Below are positions 30,801-39,503 of a stretch of DNA of 64,000 bases, in pieces. Under the pieces are notes generated by a model. It did not search any database, was not told the DNA's origin, and saw nothing but the letters and a program-made list of their open reading frames with translations. Made by a program: the position numbers and the translations under genes. The first letter of the stretch is position 1. Every line of letters begins with the position of its first letter. This stretch comes from a virus, in the IMG/VR virus record IMGVR_UViG_3300017917_002116, positions 32,001 through 96,000 of that record. The stretch is one strand, 5' to 3'.

Positions 30801-32014
30801 CATTAACTAACGCAGGTGTAACAAGCATTGCTGGCACAGCAAACCAAATTACTGCAAGTGCTAGCACAGGTAGCGTAACACTAAGCCTACCAAGTAGCGT
30901 TACAATGCCTGGTGATCTAACAGTTACAGGTAACTTAACAGTTAGCGGTACAACTACAACAGTAAGTTCTACAACATTAAGTGTTGCAGATAAGAACATT
31001 GAACTTGCTAAAGGTAGTTCAACAGACGCGGCAGCAGATGGTGGCGGTATCACATTAATTGGTACCACAAACAAGACCTTCAACTGGGTTAACAGTACAG
31101 GTGCTTGGACAAGCAGTGAACATATTGCTACAGCAGCCGGCAAGTATCATATTTTTGCTGGTTCTACAAGCGGAACAACTAATGTCCAAGCCAGTGCAAC
31201 TGCTAGCGGTACATTAACATTACCAGCTGCTACAGATACGCTAGTTGGTAAGGCCACAACAGATACACTAACCAACAAGACAATTGCTGCTGGTTCAAAC
31301 ACAATTACTGGTTTGACAAACAGCAACTTGAGTGGTACTGCTGGTATTACTAATGCTAACCTAGCCAACAGCACAATTTCTGGCGTAGCACTAGGTAGCA
31401 ACTTGAACACATTGACACTAGCTACATCTGGTACAGGTCTAAGTGGTTCTGCTACTTACAACGGTTCCGGTGCAACTACATTCACTGTAACAAGTAACGC
31501 AACCAGTGCTAACACAGCAAGCACAGTAGTTGCTCGTGATGCTAGCGGTAACTTCAGTGCTGGTACTATTACTGCTACCCTAACAGGTACAGCAACAGGT
31601 CTAGCAGGCACACCAAACATCACAGTTGGTACAATTACATCTGGCGCTATTGCAGCCACTGGTGCAATTACTGCTACTGGTGATATTACAGCTTACTTCT
31701 CTGACTTGAGACTGAAGACAAACATTGTTCCAATCGCTGATGCACTTGCAAAAGTCGAAGCATTGAATGGTGTTGAATTCGATCCTAACGAGACAGCTCT
31801 TGGTCTTGGTGTTGACAACAAACACCAGATCGGTGTTATCGCTCAAGAAGTTGAAGCAGTTGCACCAGAATTGGTTGTTGATAGTGCGATCGCTGGCTAT
31901 AAGACAGTTAAGTATGACAAGCTAACAGCATTGTTGATCGAAGCTGTCAAAGAGTTGAGTGCTAAAGTGAAGACACTAGAAGCACAGTTGGGTGGTACTA
32001 CTCCCCAGCTATAA
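27827..32014 (+). CDS. Long tail fibre with C-terminal intramolecular chaperone (peptidase S74)
   Basis: N-terminal IILKRS..GKVPT..LALGEIAINT.DG; TQTLTNKT repeats; C-terminal FSDLRLKTNI..IGVIAQEVE..VKYDKLTALLIEAVKEL; late TAAATA at 27763. Confidence 0.88.
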   Translation: MANTIILKRSATPGKVPTTAQLALGEIAINTHDGLIYIKKDNGTPSVVQIGGVTSVNGETGAVTIDTGDITENGNLFFTNARARSALSAGTGISYNSGTGAISTSQNLSTAGSPTFAGLTLTGGISSIAGSIIPSADVTYDLGSSSKQWKDIYVGPGSLYVNGSKVLQDDTGTISFSADTDQNIRIKTLGTGILQLGSSSTILQVDSTLQITSGKNITDSSGIKVNFGDNIEMNGNKVIGLGAPSSANDAATKTYVDTQVAAISTSSISQGNSNVTVTDTGTGTVTVTVDGSTALTVDATGVTVAGNFTVSGTQTVVNSNTINLADNIITLNSDHTGAPSQNAGILVERGDEADVQLRWNEGSDKWTFTNDGAVYYPMAVSTTDLAEGTNLYYTDTRARGAVSATSATGISYNSATGTFSLGSIPNSSLSNNSITINGTSVALGGTRTLDTDAVSEGSTNLYHTTTRARSAVSAGTGISYNSTTGVISTSAIPNASLSNSSVTVGSTSISLGASSTTLAGLTSVTSTSFIGALTGNADTATSAGKWTTGRTITLGGDLTGSVSIDGSANVTLTATVAANSVALGTDTTGNYMSDVTAGTGISVSHTAGEGSTATISIDTGTTVDKTTAQTLTNKSLSDSTTYFIDETDGTKKLQFQLSGITTATTRTLTVPDVSGTIITTGDTGTVTNAMLAGSIANAKLANSTISGKALGTNLDALTIGTGLSGTSYNGSSAVTIAIDSTVATLTGTQTLTNKTLGATTISGHLTPSVDVTYDLGDATHRFRDLYLSGSTIKLGSATISASGSGVAMSSVVLSGSTSGTVTLSAPAVAGTTAITVPATAGTLVTTGDTGTVTNTMLAGSIANAKLANSSVTVGTTAISLGSSSTTLAGMTGITFSGSTSGTAQIVPAAVAGSGTVLTLPAATGTLATLAGTETLTNKTIAAGSNTISGLTNSNLSGTAGITNANLANSSVTVTAGTGLSGGGSVALGSSVTLTNAGVTSIAGTANQITASASTGSVTLSLPSSVTMPGDLTVTGNLTVSGTTTTVSSTTLSVADKNIELAKGSSTDAAADGGGITLIGTTNKTFNWVNSTGAWTSSEHIATAAGKYHIFAGSTSGTTNVQASATASGTLTLPAATDTLVGKATTDTLTNKTIAAGSNTITGLTNSNLSGTAGITNANLANSTISGVALGSNLNTLTLATSGTGLSGSATYNGSGATTFTVTSNATSANTASTVVARDASGNFSAGTITATLTGTATGLAGTPNITVGTITSGAIAATGAITATGDITAYFSDLRLKTNIVPIADALAKVEALNGVEFDPNETALGLGVDNKHQIGVIAQEVEAVAPELVVDSAIAGYKTVKYDKLTALLIEAVKELSAKVKTLEAQLGGTTPQL

Positions 32015-32023
32015 TTTCCTGAA

Positions 32024-32049
32024 ATCGGATGGGACAACTCCCATCCGAT
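32024..32049 (+). terminator. Stem-loop after the tail fibre gene, followed by late TAAATA (32054-32059)
   Basis: ATCGGATGGGA-CAAC-TCCCATCCGAT; no U tract. Confidence 0.5.
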
Positions 32050-32079
32050 CGGATAAATAAACGCATACAGGAGATTTAA

Positions 32080-32274
32080 ATGGCAGTTTTACCAGCAACA
32101 GGAACAGCAATCGTTATGGGTCGTGTTAAAGCGGCTTATACAAACGTTGCGGCCGCCGCAGGACAAAACATTGCTCTAAGTGGTACAATGGCTTCATATT
32201 TAGGTCAGGCATCTGCTACTCAGATCAGTTTAAGTGCTAAATTCGGTGGACGAAACGCACCATATACATACTAA
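32080..32274 (+). CDS. Small fibre-associated protein
   Basis: MAVLPATGTAIVMG..ISLSAKFGG; GGAG SD; lies after the S74-type fibre. Confidence 0.6.
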   Translation: MAVLPATGTAIVMGRVKAAYTNVAAAAGQNIALSGTMASYLGQASATQISLSAKFGGRNAPYTY

Positions 32275-32326
32275 TCAAACTAAGAATTAACACAATAAAT
32301 ACCTCAACTAATGTTGGGGTATTTTT

Positions 32327-32929
32327 ATGGCTAAAAGAAAAATGGAAGTCACATCAACGGTGGACAGGGCTACTCAATTCAAAGATTTGTTTGAAGCATG
32401 TCCTTATGTGTTGATCAGTAAATTTGAACAGGAAAATTTTAATGCAACATCTGGTGCTGGTTTAGCCAGACACATTATTAATTCTATTAATCGAATAAGA
32501 AAATTAGAAAGTGATTTAGAATTAGAAACCAGACGATTTGAACGCAAATGTATCGAGCAAGAATTAGATATTTTATATTCTTGGCTTGAGTCACAGGATC
32601 CAAATAGCATCAAAAATTCTGTAGATGGTTGGCAGTCTATAGAAAGAGAGTATTGGATCAATACTCTAGGTAAACAGGCCGCCATCGAACTTATTACTCT
32701 TGGTAGAACAAGTCCAGAAACAATGAGCAAAATGGTCAAACTACCAGAAGACATGTATATTAAAGTAACGCAAATTTGTGTTAGATTGGCAAATACAATC
32801 AAAGAAACCACAGTACGTGCAGAGCAGGAAATAGGCATCGTTGCCCCGGCACCCGAGGACTCAGCTGAACAAACCCCAGATCCAGCACCTACTGGTCCAA
32901 AGAAAATTAACCTTAAAAAAGTTAAATGA
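32327..32929 (+). CDS. Hypothetical helical protein
   Basis: 200 aa; EREYWI..LGKQAAIELI; late TAAATA at 32296. Confidence 0.6.
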   Translation: MAKRKMEVTSTVDRATQFKDLFEACPYVLISKFEQENFNATSGAGLARHIINSINRIRKLESDLELETRRFERKCIEQELDILYSWLESQDPNSIKNSVDGWQSIEREYWINTLGKQAAIELITLGRTSPETMSKMVKLPEDMYIKVTQICVRLANTIKETTVRAEQEIGIVAPAPEDSAEQTPDPAPTGPKKINLKKVK

Positions 32930-33570
32930 GTTTCATTGACGGCCTGGTTAAAAATATATCCTCGACAAGACTGGCGGTATGCATTCCTGCAAGGGATATG
33001 ATGCATACCGCAACCACCTATTGCCTTTGGCAATTGGCAGAGTTGTTAAAAACTCAGGGTATTGAATCTAGACTTTTCATAAGTCCAGGCACATTAATAG
33101 CCAATCAGAGACACGAACTTGTTCTCTCCGCAATGGACTGGAAAGCCACACATGTTTTATTCATTGACAGTGACATAGAATTCGAACCAGGCGCAGTGCT
33201 AACACTGTTGAAGCATAAAAAAGATATCGTAGCAGGCTGTTATAGTCAAAGGCAAGAACCCTTCGTTAATACAGCCTGGAGCAATATCGGCGTCTGGGAT
33301 ACATGGATTCGTATCAATAAAGAATCTACAGGATTGATGCCTATAGAAGCAGTTGCTCTTGGTTTCTGCCTAATAGACATAACAGTGTTCGATAAAATAG
33401 ATGATCCCTGGTTTCAATTAGGTTATATGAACGGGCAGTACACAGGTGAAGATATAGAATTTTGTAGAAACGCCATATCTAATAATATAAAAATACATCT
33501 AGATCTAGATGTCAGTAAACGGCTGATACATCTTGGTACGCGGGGATTCAGAGTAATTGGCGATGATTAA
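32926..33570 (+). CDS. Glycosyltransferase (GT-A/GT2-like)
   Basis: AVCIPAR, THVLFIDSD (DxD), GFCLI, GEDIEFC, H.G. Confidence 0.8.
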   Translation: MSFIDGLVKNISSTRLAVCIPARDMMHTATTYCLWQLAELLKTQGIESRLFISPGTLIANQRHELVLSAMDWKATHVLFIDSDIEFEPGAVLTLLKHKKDIVAGCYSQRQEPFVNTAWSNIGVWDTWIRINKESTGLMPIEAVALGFCLIDITVFDKIDDPWFQLGYMNGQYTGEDIEFCRNAISNNIKIHLDLDVSKRLIHLGTRGFRVIGDD

Positions 33571-33931
33571 TAAGACTCTGCCACTTATTTTTCCACTTGG
33601 TTAATTTAGTAATATTATAGCTAGTACTAAAGAAACTGCTATAATCATTGAAAGTATTCTGTATACATAAATCTTTTTCAGTGGCATCTAATAAAAGATT
33701 TAATGTGTTGTCTTTTTTGTCTAATAGTAATCTAATTAGTGGGTGGTCTACTTCTTCAACATTTAACAAATGCGTAGTCTGCAAATACCATCTTTCTACG
33801 TAACATACTTCTTCTTTGAATAGGCTATTGAGCAGTGGGTTATTGAGCCGTTGATCCCAACAAAAATGCAGATCTACAGATCGAACTGATTTATGATTTT
33901 TCCTCGGTAGTTGTATTATTTCTGCTGCCAT
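33548..33931 (-). CDS. Hypothetical protein
   Basis: 127-aa ORF at the end of the gp14-gp15-Nudix operon. Confidence 0.55.
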   Translation of the reverse strand: MAAEIIQLPRKNHKSVRSVDLHFCWDQRLNNPLLNSLFKEEVCYVERWYLQTTHLLNVEEVDHPLIRLLLDKKDNTLNLLLDATEKDLCIQNTFNDYSSFFSTSYNITKLTKWKNKWQSLINHRQLL

Positions 33932-34379
33932 TTTTCTTATCTACCCATTGATAAAAGTTCTTAAATTTATCAATAAGCCTACTGGATGAAATCATTTGCC
34001 TTGTTTTAGGATGCAATGGCGTAGGCAGACTATTAATGTCAGTCCAGGCATAACCACTGTTTTCCCAATTTAGCTCGGGCGTAAATTCTTTATTAACCAA
34101 AACAATATAAGTTTCGTAGACAAAATCTTTTGTTCTACTTTGATATCTGTGTAGTGGGGATATCTTTTTTATTTTAGTTAATTGTAATTCTTCTTTCAAC
34201 TCTCTGTGCAAGGCGTCGCTCATGCTTTCGTTATCATCTACCCTGCCGCCGGCAAATGTCCATGTATTAGGATGGCTTTCGCGTGGACTGCGTAAAACAG
34301 TCATGACTCTGCCTGTTTCTTCACTGACAATAATAGCACCGACGCCCTGAAACTGTTTCACAGATACAATCTCCACCAA
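33891..34379 (-). CDS. Nudix hydrolase
   Basis: GGRVDDNESMSDALHRELKEE Nudix box; LNWENSGYAW, PLHP. Confidence 0.9.
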   Translation of the reverse strand: MVEIVSVKQFQGVGAIIVSEETGRVMTVLRSPRESHPNTWTFAGGRVDDNESMSDALHRELKEELQLTKIKKISPLHRYQSRTKDFVYETYIVLVNKEFTPELNWENSGYAWTDINSLPTPLHPKTRQMISSSRLIDKFKNFYQWVDKKNGSRNNTTTEEKS

Positions 34380-35710
34380 CCGTTCCTATATGTACCTTCG
34401 TAAGCACTGATCCACTGGCCATAACGCCATTCATATATAAGTCCGTTGCTAATATTTAATACCGAGGCACTATTAGTTGCTGTGTGATCGAAACTTACGA
34501 TCCAATTGGCGCCGTTGTATTCTATGATATCATTAGCATTAGCACCTAGTATGCCCCAGTTGGCAACTGCGGGTACGTCTTCTAATACTAGATATCTTTG
34601 ACCTAGAGCAGCGGCAGGAAGGTTACGTCCAGGAGCGGACTTGGTTGGGTCTATAACAGCCGTAACTGCTGGCAATGTTGTGCCAGGTAATGTATTTTCA
34701 TCTACATCAATGATCAGCTGATCTGGATGGGCTGGATCTATACTAACAATAACAGCAATGATGTCATTTGTGCTGTCAGCAGGGTCATCGCCTCTGCGTA
34801 ATCTTAGATTGCTAATACCCGGTCTCAACTCTCCAAAAGGCTTTAACTTTTCTTCCCAGGTTAATGGGTTGCCTTGATCGTCAACATTGTCTCCTGATCT
34901 ACTCAATAATATTGCTCGATCTCCTTCTATTTTTACCTGAAGATGCAGATCCTCAAATGTAACTATTACCCATTGTTTGTTTGGTATTGGATCAGTAGGA
35001 TTCCAATCAACAATGTCAGGTCCCTTCATCTTTTTAATTTCGTTAAGAATAGTATGAATAAGAACTTGTCTCTTGACCTTGGCAGGAGGATTCAAGAATA
35101 TAGGCAGGCTAAAATTCAATGCTGCAACATCGATGATGTCATCTGTACCCTGCGGCACTTGACGCACACTCCATACTACGTTTACAATTTCTGCATAGGT
35201 TAAGTTAGTCCAGTCAAACGGATTGTCATTGGTCTTAAGGTTAATACTTGGGTTGAACAGGACCAATAACTGTTCCATCAACTGTAGTTTTTGCTCAGTA
35301 TTGCTAGTCCAGATATCCACTTGTACAGTTAGATCGTAGGGAACAGGCATATAACGTTCAATGGTATATGTGTTTCCTATTTCGCCTTCTATATAATCGC
35401 CGGTTGTGGGATCAACCTTCTTTTCGTATACCTGTACCTTATTAACGTGTGTGGGATTATGTCTACGCTCGGCATTTATTTGCAAATCAGTTACATAGAC
35501 ACTGATAAACGGTACAGTGTTGATAGCGTTCTCGCTCTGATTTTTCATAATGTGACCGGCCATGCGATTAATATCACCGTAACGAACGGGAACCTGTAGA
35601 TATGATTCTACACCATCTCGATCCTTTCCTGTCTTAACACTGAACCCACCCAACAGTCGCATGAACTGTGTTAGATATCGCCTTATCTGATTATCATAAA
35701 AATATTGCAT
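34358..35710 (-). CDS. gp15: Tail sheath stabiliser/terminator (gp15-like) with C-terminal extension
   Basis: YFYDNQIRRY, VPVRYG, MPVPYDL, QLMEQLLVLFNPS. Confidence 0.85.
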   Translation of the reverse strand: MQYFYDNQIRRYLTQFMRLLGGFSVKTGKDRDGVESYLQVPVRYGDINRMAGHIMKNQSENAINTVPFISVYVTDLQINAERRHNPTHVNKVQVYEKKVDPTTGDYIEGEIGNTYTIERYMPVPYDLTVQVDIWTSNTEQKLQLMEQLLVLFNPSINLKTNDNPFDWTNLTYAEIVNVVWSVRQVPQGTDDIIDVAALNFSLPIFLNPPAKVKRQVLIHTILNEIKKMKGPDIVDWNPTDPIPNKQWVIVTFEDLHLQVKIEGDRAILLSRSGDNVDDQGNPLTWEEKLKPFGELRPGISNLRLRRGDDPADSTNDIIAVIVSIDPAHPDQLIIDVDENTLPGTTLPAVTAVIDPTKSAPGRNLPAAALGQRYLVLEDVPAVANWGILGANANDIIEYNGANWIVSFDHTATNSASVLNISNGLIYEWRYGQWISAYEGTYRNGWWRLYL

Positions 35711-36756
35711 TACTTGTCTGCCTTGGGTCTAATAACTTGGCTAAGAGCCTGCTTCTCCGGCATTTCTTTGTTGCCTATCACTGTAGTATTATTGTTATTA
35801 ATAAATGGTGCGGCGTTGAGCACTCGATCTCTAACATCAATTGGTCCGTCTTGAACACTGACACGCTGCCAACGTGTGCCACGATATACAAACAATGCGT
35901 TTGGGGTATAATCTGTACGCATAAAGAAGTCGCCCTGATGTGGTGTTAATGGAAAACTCAAACCAGTTGGTATTGGCTCACCATGATTGTATTTTTCATA
36001 ATCAGATCTTTGATAATTCTTTGTTGTATCTTGTATGATATTTTTAGTTTCATCTAGCAATGTTGGGGCTAGTCTTTCGCCCTGCTCAACAATTGAATTG
36101 CTTATCTGAAGTTCTCTCTGATAGGTGCTTAGTGCGTCCTTGAGAGTATCAACACCATTGTCTGCTTTTTGTTGTAGTATGTCTCTATATTCTTGAGCAT
36201 CAGTCATTGGGCTGGCCTTGATGCGCCATATGTGCGGGTACCAGGTCTGACTGAAACCCTCGGCAGCACGGCTAGCATCCTGTACAACATAAAATTTATT
36301 CACAGCAGGTTTAGTCTGATCTAACAGCAAATCATCTCTAACGTGAGGTAGCTCAATAACGTCGCCCGCCATTAATTTTCTGCCCATGCGCTCTACCATG
36401 TCATTGGTATGGAAACTTACAAAAATTGTATCAGCACTTAGGAACAAACCAAACTGAGTTAGGTCAAAGTCCTGATCACCCACGTTGTAGACGCCGCGAA
36501 GTTCGTAGACATCGGGATCATATATACGATCTCTATTTTCCAGGAACAGCAGATCCTGTATTTTGGTTTCATCAAGCATGTCATCAGCCGCATAATGTGG
36601 CTGAGTAGCATCTGACTTATCGCCCTGGTCCGCGGGTTTGAGATATTTGTGTACTAGTACCGCAGTACCACCTACTAGAAACTGCTCACGAATAACCTTG
36701 TCCATGAAATGGAAGTCATTGGTCTTTTCGTTTCTCCATAAACTTAGTCTTGGCAT
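35710..36756 (-). CDS. gp14: Neck/head-closure protein (gp14-like)
   Basis: IQDLLFLENRDR.YD, FDLTQFGLFL, GDVIELPH; late TAAATA at 36764-36769 (-). Confidence 0.75.
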   Translation of the reverse strand: MPRLSLWRNEKTNDFHFMDKVIREQFLVGGTAVLVHKYLKPADQGDKSDATQPHYAADDMLDETKIQDLLFLENRDRIYDPDVYELRGVYNVGDQDFDLTQFGLFLSADTIFVSFHTNDMVERMGRKLMAGDVIELPHVRDDLLLDQTKPAVNKFYVVQDASRAAEGFSQTWYPHIWRIKASPMTDAQEYRDILQQKADNGVDTLKDALSTYQRELQISNSIVEQGERLAPTLLDETKNIIQDTTKNYQRSDYEKYNHGEPIPTGLSFPLTPHQGDFFMRTDYTPNALFVYRGTRWQRVSVQDGPIDVRDRVLNAAPFINNNNTTVIGNKEMPEKQALSQVIRPKADK

Positions 36757-36822
36757 AATATATTATTTACCTTTACCTAGGCCAGATGCCTAAAACCACA
36801 GTACACCATAAAAACCCGTAAA

Positions 36823-36851
36823 TAGACAAAAAATCGTAGACGTCGTATACT
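36823..36851 (+). promoter_or_regulatory. Early sigma70-type promoter
   Basis: TAGACA-N17-TATACT. Confidence 0.75.
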
Positions 36852-36878
36852 AGAAGTCTTGCAACTAGGAGATCTTAA

Positions 36879-37067
36879 ATGACTCTGCTTTCCGATCTTA
36901 GCGACTTTATCGAAGCTTGTAAGACTTTGGATAACTACGACATTTTTGACTTGTTCGAAGATGGATGTACCGAAGAACTGCGCGAACTAATTTACGCATT
37001 CGGAGATCCGGACTGCTACGAACCTTTCCGCGATGCTATGTATAATCTTGGGTTTGTAGACTTCTAA
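36879..37067 (+). CDS. Small acidic early protein
   Basis: AGGAG SD, own promoter. Confidence 0.65.
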   Translation: MTLLSDLSDFIEACKTLDNYDIFDLFEDGCTEELRELIYAFGDPDCYEPFRDAMYNLGFVDF

Positions 37068-37071
37068 CTAG

Positions 37072-37109
37072 GTTAGTACTCACTGACGTCAATGTCAGTG
37101 AGTACTGAC
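37072..37109. repeat. 16-bp inverted repeat
   Basis: GTTAGTACTCACTGAC-GTCAAT-GTCAGTGAGTACTGAC. Confidence 0.85.
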
Positions 37110-37126
37110 TCAAAAATACCCAATAA

Positions 37127-37155
37127 TTGACAGAAAATCGGGTTTAGTGTATCAT
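37127..37155 (+). promoter_or_regulatory. Early sigma70-type promoter
   Basis: TTGACA-N17-TATCAT. Confidence 0.8.
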
Positions 37156-37183
37156 TATGATACTTTAAAAATTGGAGTAGCGC

Positions 37184-37519
37184 ATGAAAGCTCTTGAGCT
37201 AGAAACTAAAGATGCAGGATTTTTCAAAGTAGCCGCTTATCTTGATGCTCGAATGAAGAGTCTCGCGGCGTCCTCGCACTACAGTGATGTAGAAAAAATT
37301 CGTGCAGAACGCATGCGTCTAGCACTCAATGAAGTGTATTCTGCGAAGTGTGTATATGTAACATTTCGTAAGAAGTTTATCGTTGTCAAGCTCGACAGTC
37401 CCACTATTCGGGATCGCAAAAATCTGCGTCTGCTTGAGCAGGATTACGAGTCTGAGGGTATAACTAAAGTGTCGACAGCCCAAGGTATCACATACCGCAT
37501 ACCCAAAAATACTCAATAA
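37184..37519 (+). CDS. Hypothetical early protein
   Basis: GGAG SD, own promoter. Confidence 0.65.
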   Translation: MKALELETKDAGFFKVAAYLDARMKSLAASSHYSDVEKIRAERMRLALNEVYSAKCVYVTFRKKFIVVKLDSPTIRDRKNLRLLEQDYESEGITKVSTAQGITYRIPKNTQ

Positions 37520-37548
37520 TTGACGAAAAATACCGGTTCTGTTATACT
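37520..37548 (+). promoter_or_regulatory. Early sigma70-type promoter (near-copy at 59552)
   Basis: TTGACG-N17-TATACT. Confidence 0.85.
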
Positions 37549-37578
37549 AACAGTATTGTAAACACTACGGAGCACGAA

Positions 37579-37848
37579 ATGGCTACTGCGATCTACGAAG
37601 CGCTCACTGAGCAACAGAAACGCGAAGTGCGTATGTACGGCTGTACCGAAGCCGAAATGCGCGAAGCTGTCGAAGAAAGCCTGACCTTTCGCTTTTCGGG
37701 TCCTGCTATGTATGCGGCTAGCATCATGAGCGACTGCCAAGAAATGTTGGCCTATCGCGACGCAGACGCAATGATCCGCGAAGATGTGCGCCAAGCTCTG
37801 AATCGTGCTAAGTGGATTTTGTTCACTTATGTCATGGAATCCAAGTAA
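37579..37848 (+). CDS. Hypothetical early protein
   Basis: GGAG SD; VRMYGC..SIMSDCQE..RQALNRAK. Confidence 0.7.
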   Translation: MATAIYEALTEQQKREVRMYGCTEAEMREAVEESLTFRFSGPAMYAASIMSDCQEMLAYRDADAMIREDVRQALNRAKWILFTYVMESK

Positions 37849-37862
37849 TAGGAGAGACTGTT

Positions 37863-38063
37863 ATGCCCAGCATGAGTTATTGTGTGTGCGAAAACACTAG
37901 TTCAGATATGAGCCAGATTCTGAGTCGCATGTTTGAACGCGGCCGCGATTATGTGGAAGGTATGAACTCTTACGAGCGAGAAGCCTACCACGCACTCTAC
38001 GAACAGTGCCGTGAATTTATGACACTGTACAAAGAAATTGATGAGGAAGTGGCAGAAGAATGA
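37863..38063 (+). CDS. Hypothetical early protein
   Basis: AGGAG SD, start MPSMSYC..ENT. Confidence 0.65.
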   Translation: MPSMSYCVCENTSSDMSQILSRMFERGRDYVEGMNSYEREAYHALYEQCREFMTLYKEIDEEVAEE

Positions 38064-38290
38064 TCACAGTAGATACCTTGCGTAACTGCGCCTGGCTGAA
38101 CAGCCTGACCCTGGAAGCTCTGATTCGAGAAAAGTATCCCAAGGATTCAGTTATCTCTTCTGAGTTTCTTGGTATTACAAATGGCGGCCAGTTCTGCTAT
38201 AATATCGCATTTCCCGGAGAAGAAGGCATGGATTATGCCAAGCTCTATGTCTGGGAAGATGTCAACGGAAAGGTAGTGGCGGAGTATTAA
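38060..38290 (+). CDS. Hypothetical early protein
   Basis: ATGA-coupled; SEFLGITNGGQFCY. Confidence 0.65.
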   Translation: MITVDTLRNCAWLNSLTLEALIREKYPKDSVISSEFLGITNGGQFCYNIAFPGEEGMDYAKLYVWEDVNGKVVAEY

Positions 38291-38291
38291 T

Positions 38292-39503
38292 ATGAAACGA
38301 ACAGTAAAACAAATTGAACACGGCAAGACTGCATGGCGATTTGCCGATCCAGTGAAGCCACTGCATAATCGAAATGTCGACGCTAAACAACTGGGTGATG
38401 AGCCGCAGTACCCCGACGTCAAAGTGCAAGATGAGTGGACTCACAGTGAGTACACTTCCAAACTGATGCGTAGTCTTAACTGGTATAACGCCACGCAGGA
38501 TTACAAGACTTCTTATTCTTGGCTTAGCCAATTCCTAGAGCGTAATCCACGTAGGCATCTCCTGGCGGCCGCCATCAAGAGCGGTGACGTTCGAGTACCT
38601 CCTACTATTGGCTTTGCCCTACGTGCCGGCCGAGTAGGCATGAAACTGCGATTCCAGACACTTAGGTCTGTGGTGCGTATCCTGCGAGAGTCACAGGTAG
38701 AAAAAGAAGCCAGTATCCTGTCACCTGCCAAGGAGAAAGCAGAACAGGAAGAAGTCAAAGTAAAAACACCCAACATCCAGGATCGTCTTGCAGAAAAGGC
38801 CCGTGAAGCCGCAGGTGAGATCGAAGGACGTTTTGACGACTTTATCACCACCAATGAATTCAAAGGTGACCCCAAAGCCGTTGAAGTGTTGAGCCAGTTT
38901 AACGTGCAGCCTGCTCACGTTAAAACCATTCTGTCACTGGCAGATCGACGTCTTGCCGAGTATAATGAAGTACTTGCAGGCAAAGATGGACAACTGGTTG
39001 AAGCATACAGCCACTATGGCAAGCGTCAACTTAATGCTGTCGTCAAATGGTGGCAACAGGTCATTGCAGACTGCAATAGTTATGGTGTGATCAAGAAAGC
39101 CAGCAAGGCACCGCGTAAGAAGAAGGCAGTGCCTCCGGAAAAAGTCGTGAGCAAGATGAAATTCCTCAAGGAATTCGCCGAGCTCAAACTGAAGAGTATT
39201 GATGCCACGCAGATTCTGACTGCACAAGAACTCTGGATCTATAACACAAAGACTCGCAAACTCGGCATCTACATTGTAGACCAATATGCAGGTGCACTGG
39301 GTGTCAAAGGCACAACCATCCTGGGCTTTGATGCGGTGGCAAGTGTGCAGAAGACTCTACGCAAACCTAAAGAACAACTCAAAGAGTGGGCCAGCAACGG
39401 CAAGCCCGCGGCAAAGAAATGGTTTAAAGGTGTTAAAAGTGTGGAGACCAAGCTCAACGGCCGTATCAATGCGGATATGATCCTGCTGAAAGCCTACAAA
39501 TGA
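38292..39503 (+). CDS. Conserved T4-like phage hypothetical protein (basic, probably nucleic-acid binding)
   Basis: 403 aa; LNWYN, PNIQDRL, ELWIYNTKTRKL, SVQKTLRKP, LNGRIN. Confidence 0.65.
   Translation: MKRTVKQIEHGKTAWRFADPVKPLHNRNVDAKQLGDEPQYPDVKVQDEWTHSEYTSKLMRSLNWYNATQDYKTSYSWLSQFLERNPRRHLLAAAIKSGDVRVPPTIGFALRAGRVGMKLRFQTLRSVVRILRESQVEKEASILSPAKEKAEQEEVKVKTPNIQDRLAEKAREAAGEIEGRFDDFITTNEFKGDPKAVEVLSQFNVQPAHVKTILSLADRRLAEYNEVLAGKDGQLVEAYSHYGKRQLNAVVKWWQQVIADCNSYGVIKKASKAPRKKKAVPPEKVVSKMKFLKEFAELKLKSIDATQILTAQELWIYNTKTRKLGIYIVDQYAGALGVKGTTILGFDAVASVQKTLRKPKEQLKEWASNGKPAAKKWFKGVKSVETKLNGRINADMILLKAYK

Noticed and set aside
13653-31846. Long antisense ORFs (e.g. 13653-14459, 30142-31143, 29263-29562)
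   Set aside because: Shadows of the codon bias in Glu/Ala- or Thr/Ser/Gly-rich genes on the opposite strand; no motifs
19506-32014. Repeats as a CRISPR array or DGR template/variable pair
   Set aside because: The repeats are in-frame coding units varying at synonymous positions; no repeat-spacer period, no adenine-specific mismatches, and no cas or reverse-transcriptase gene in the window
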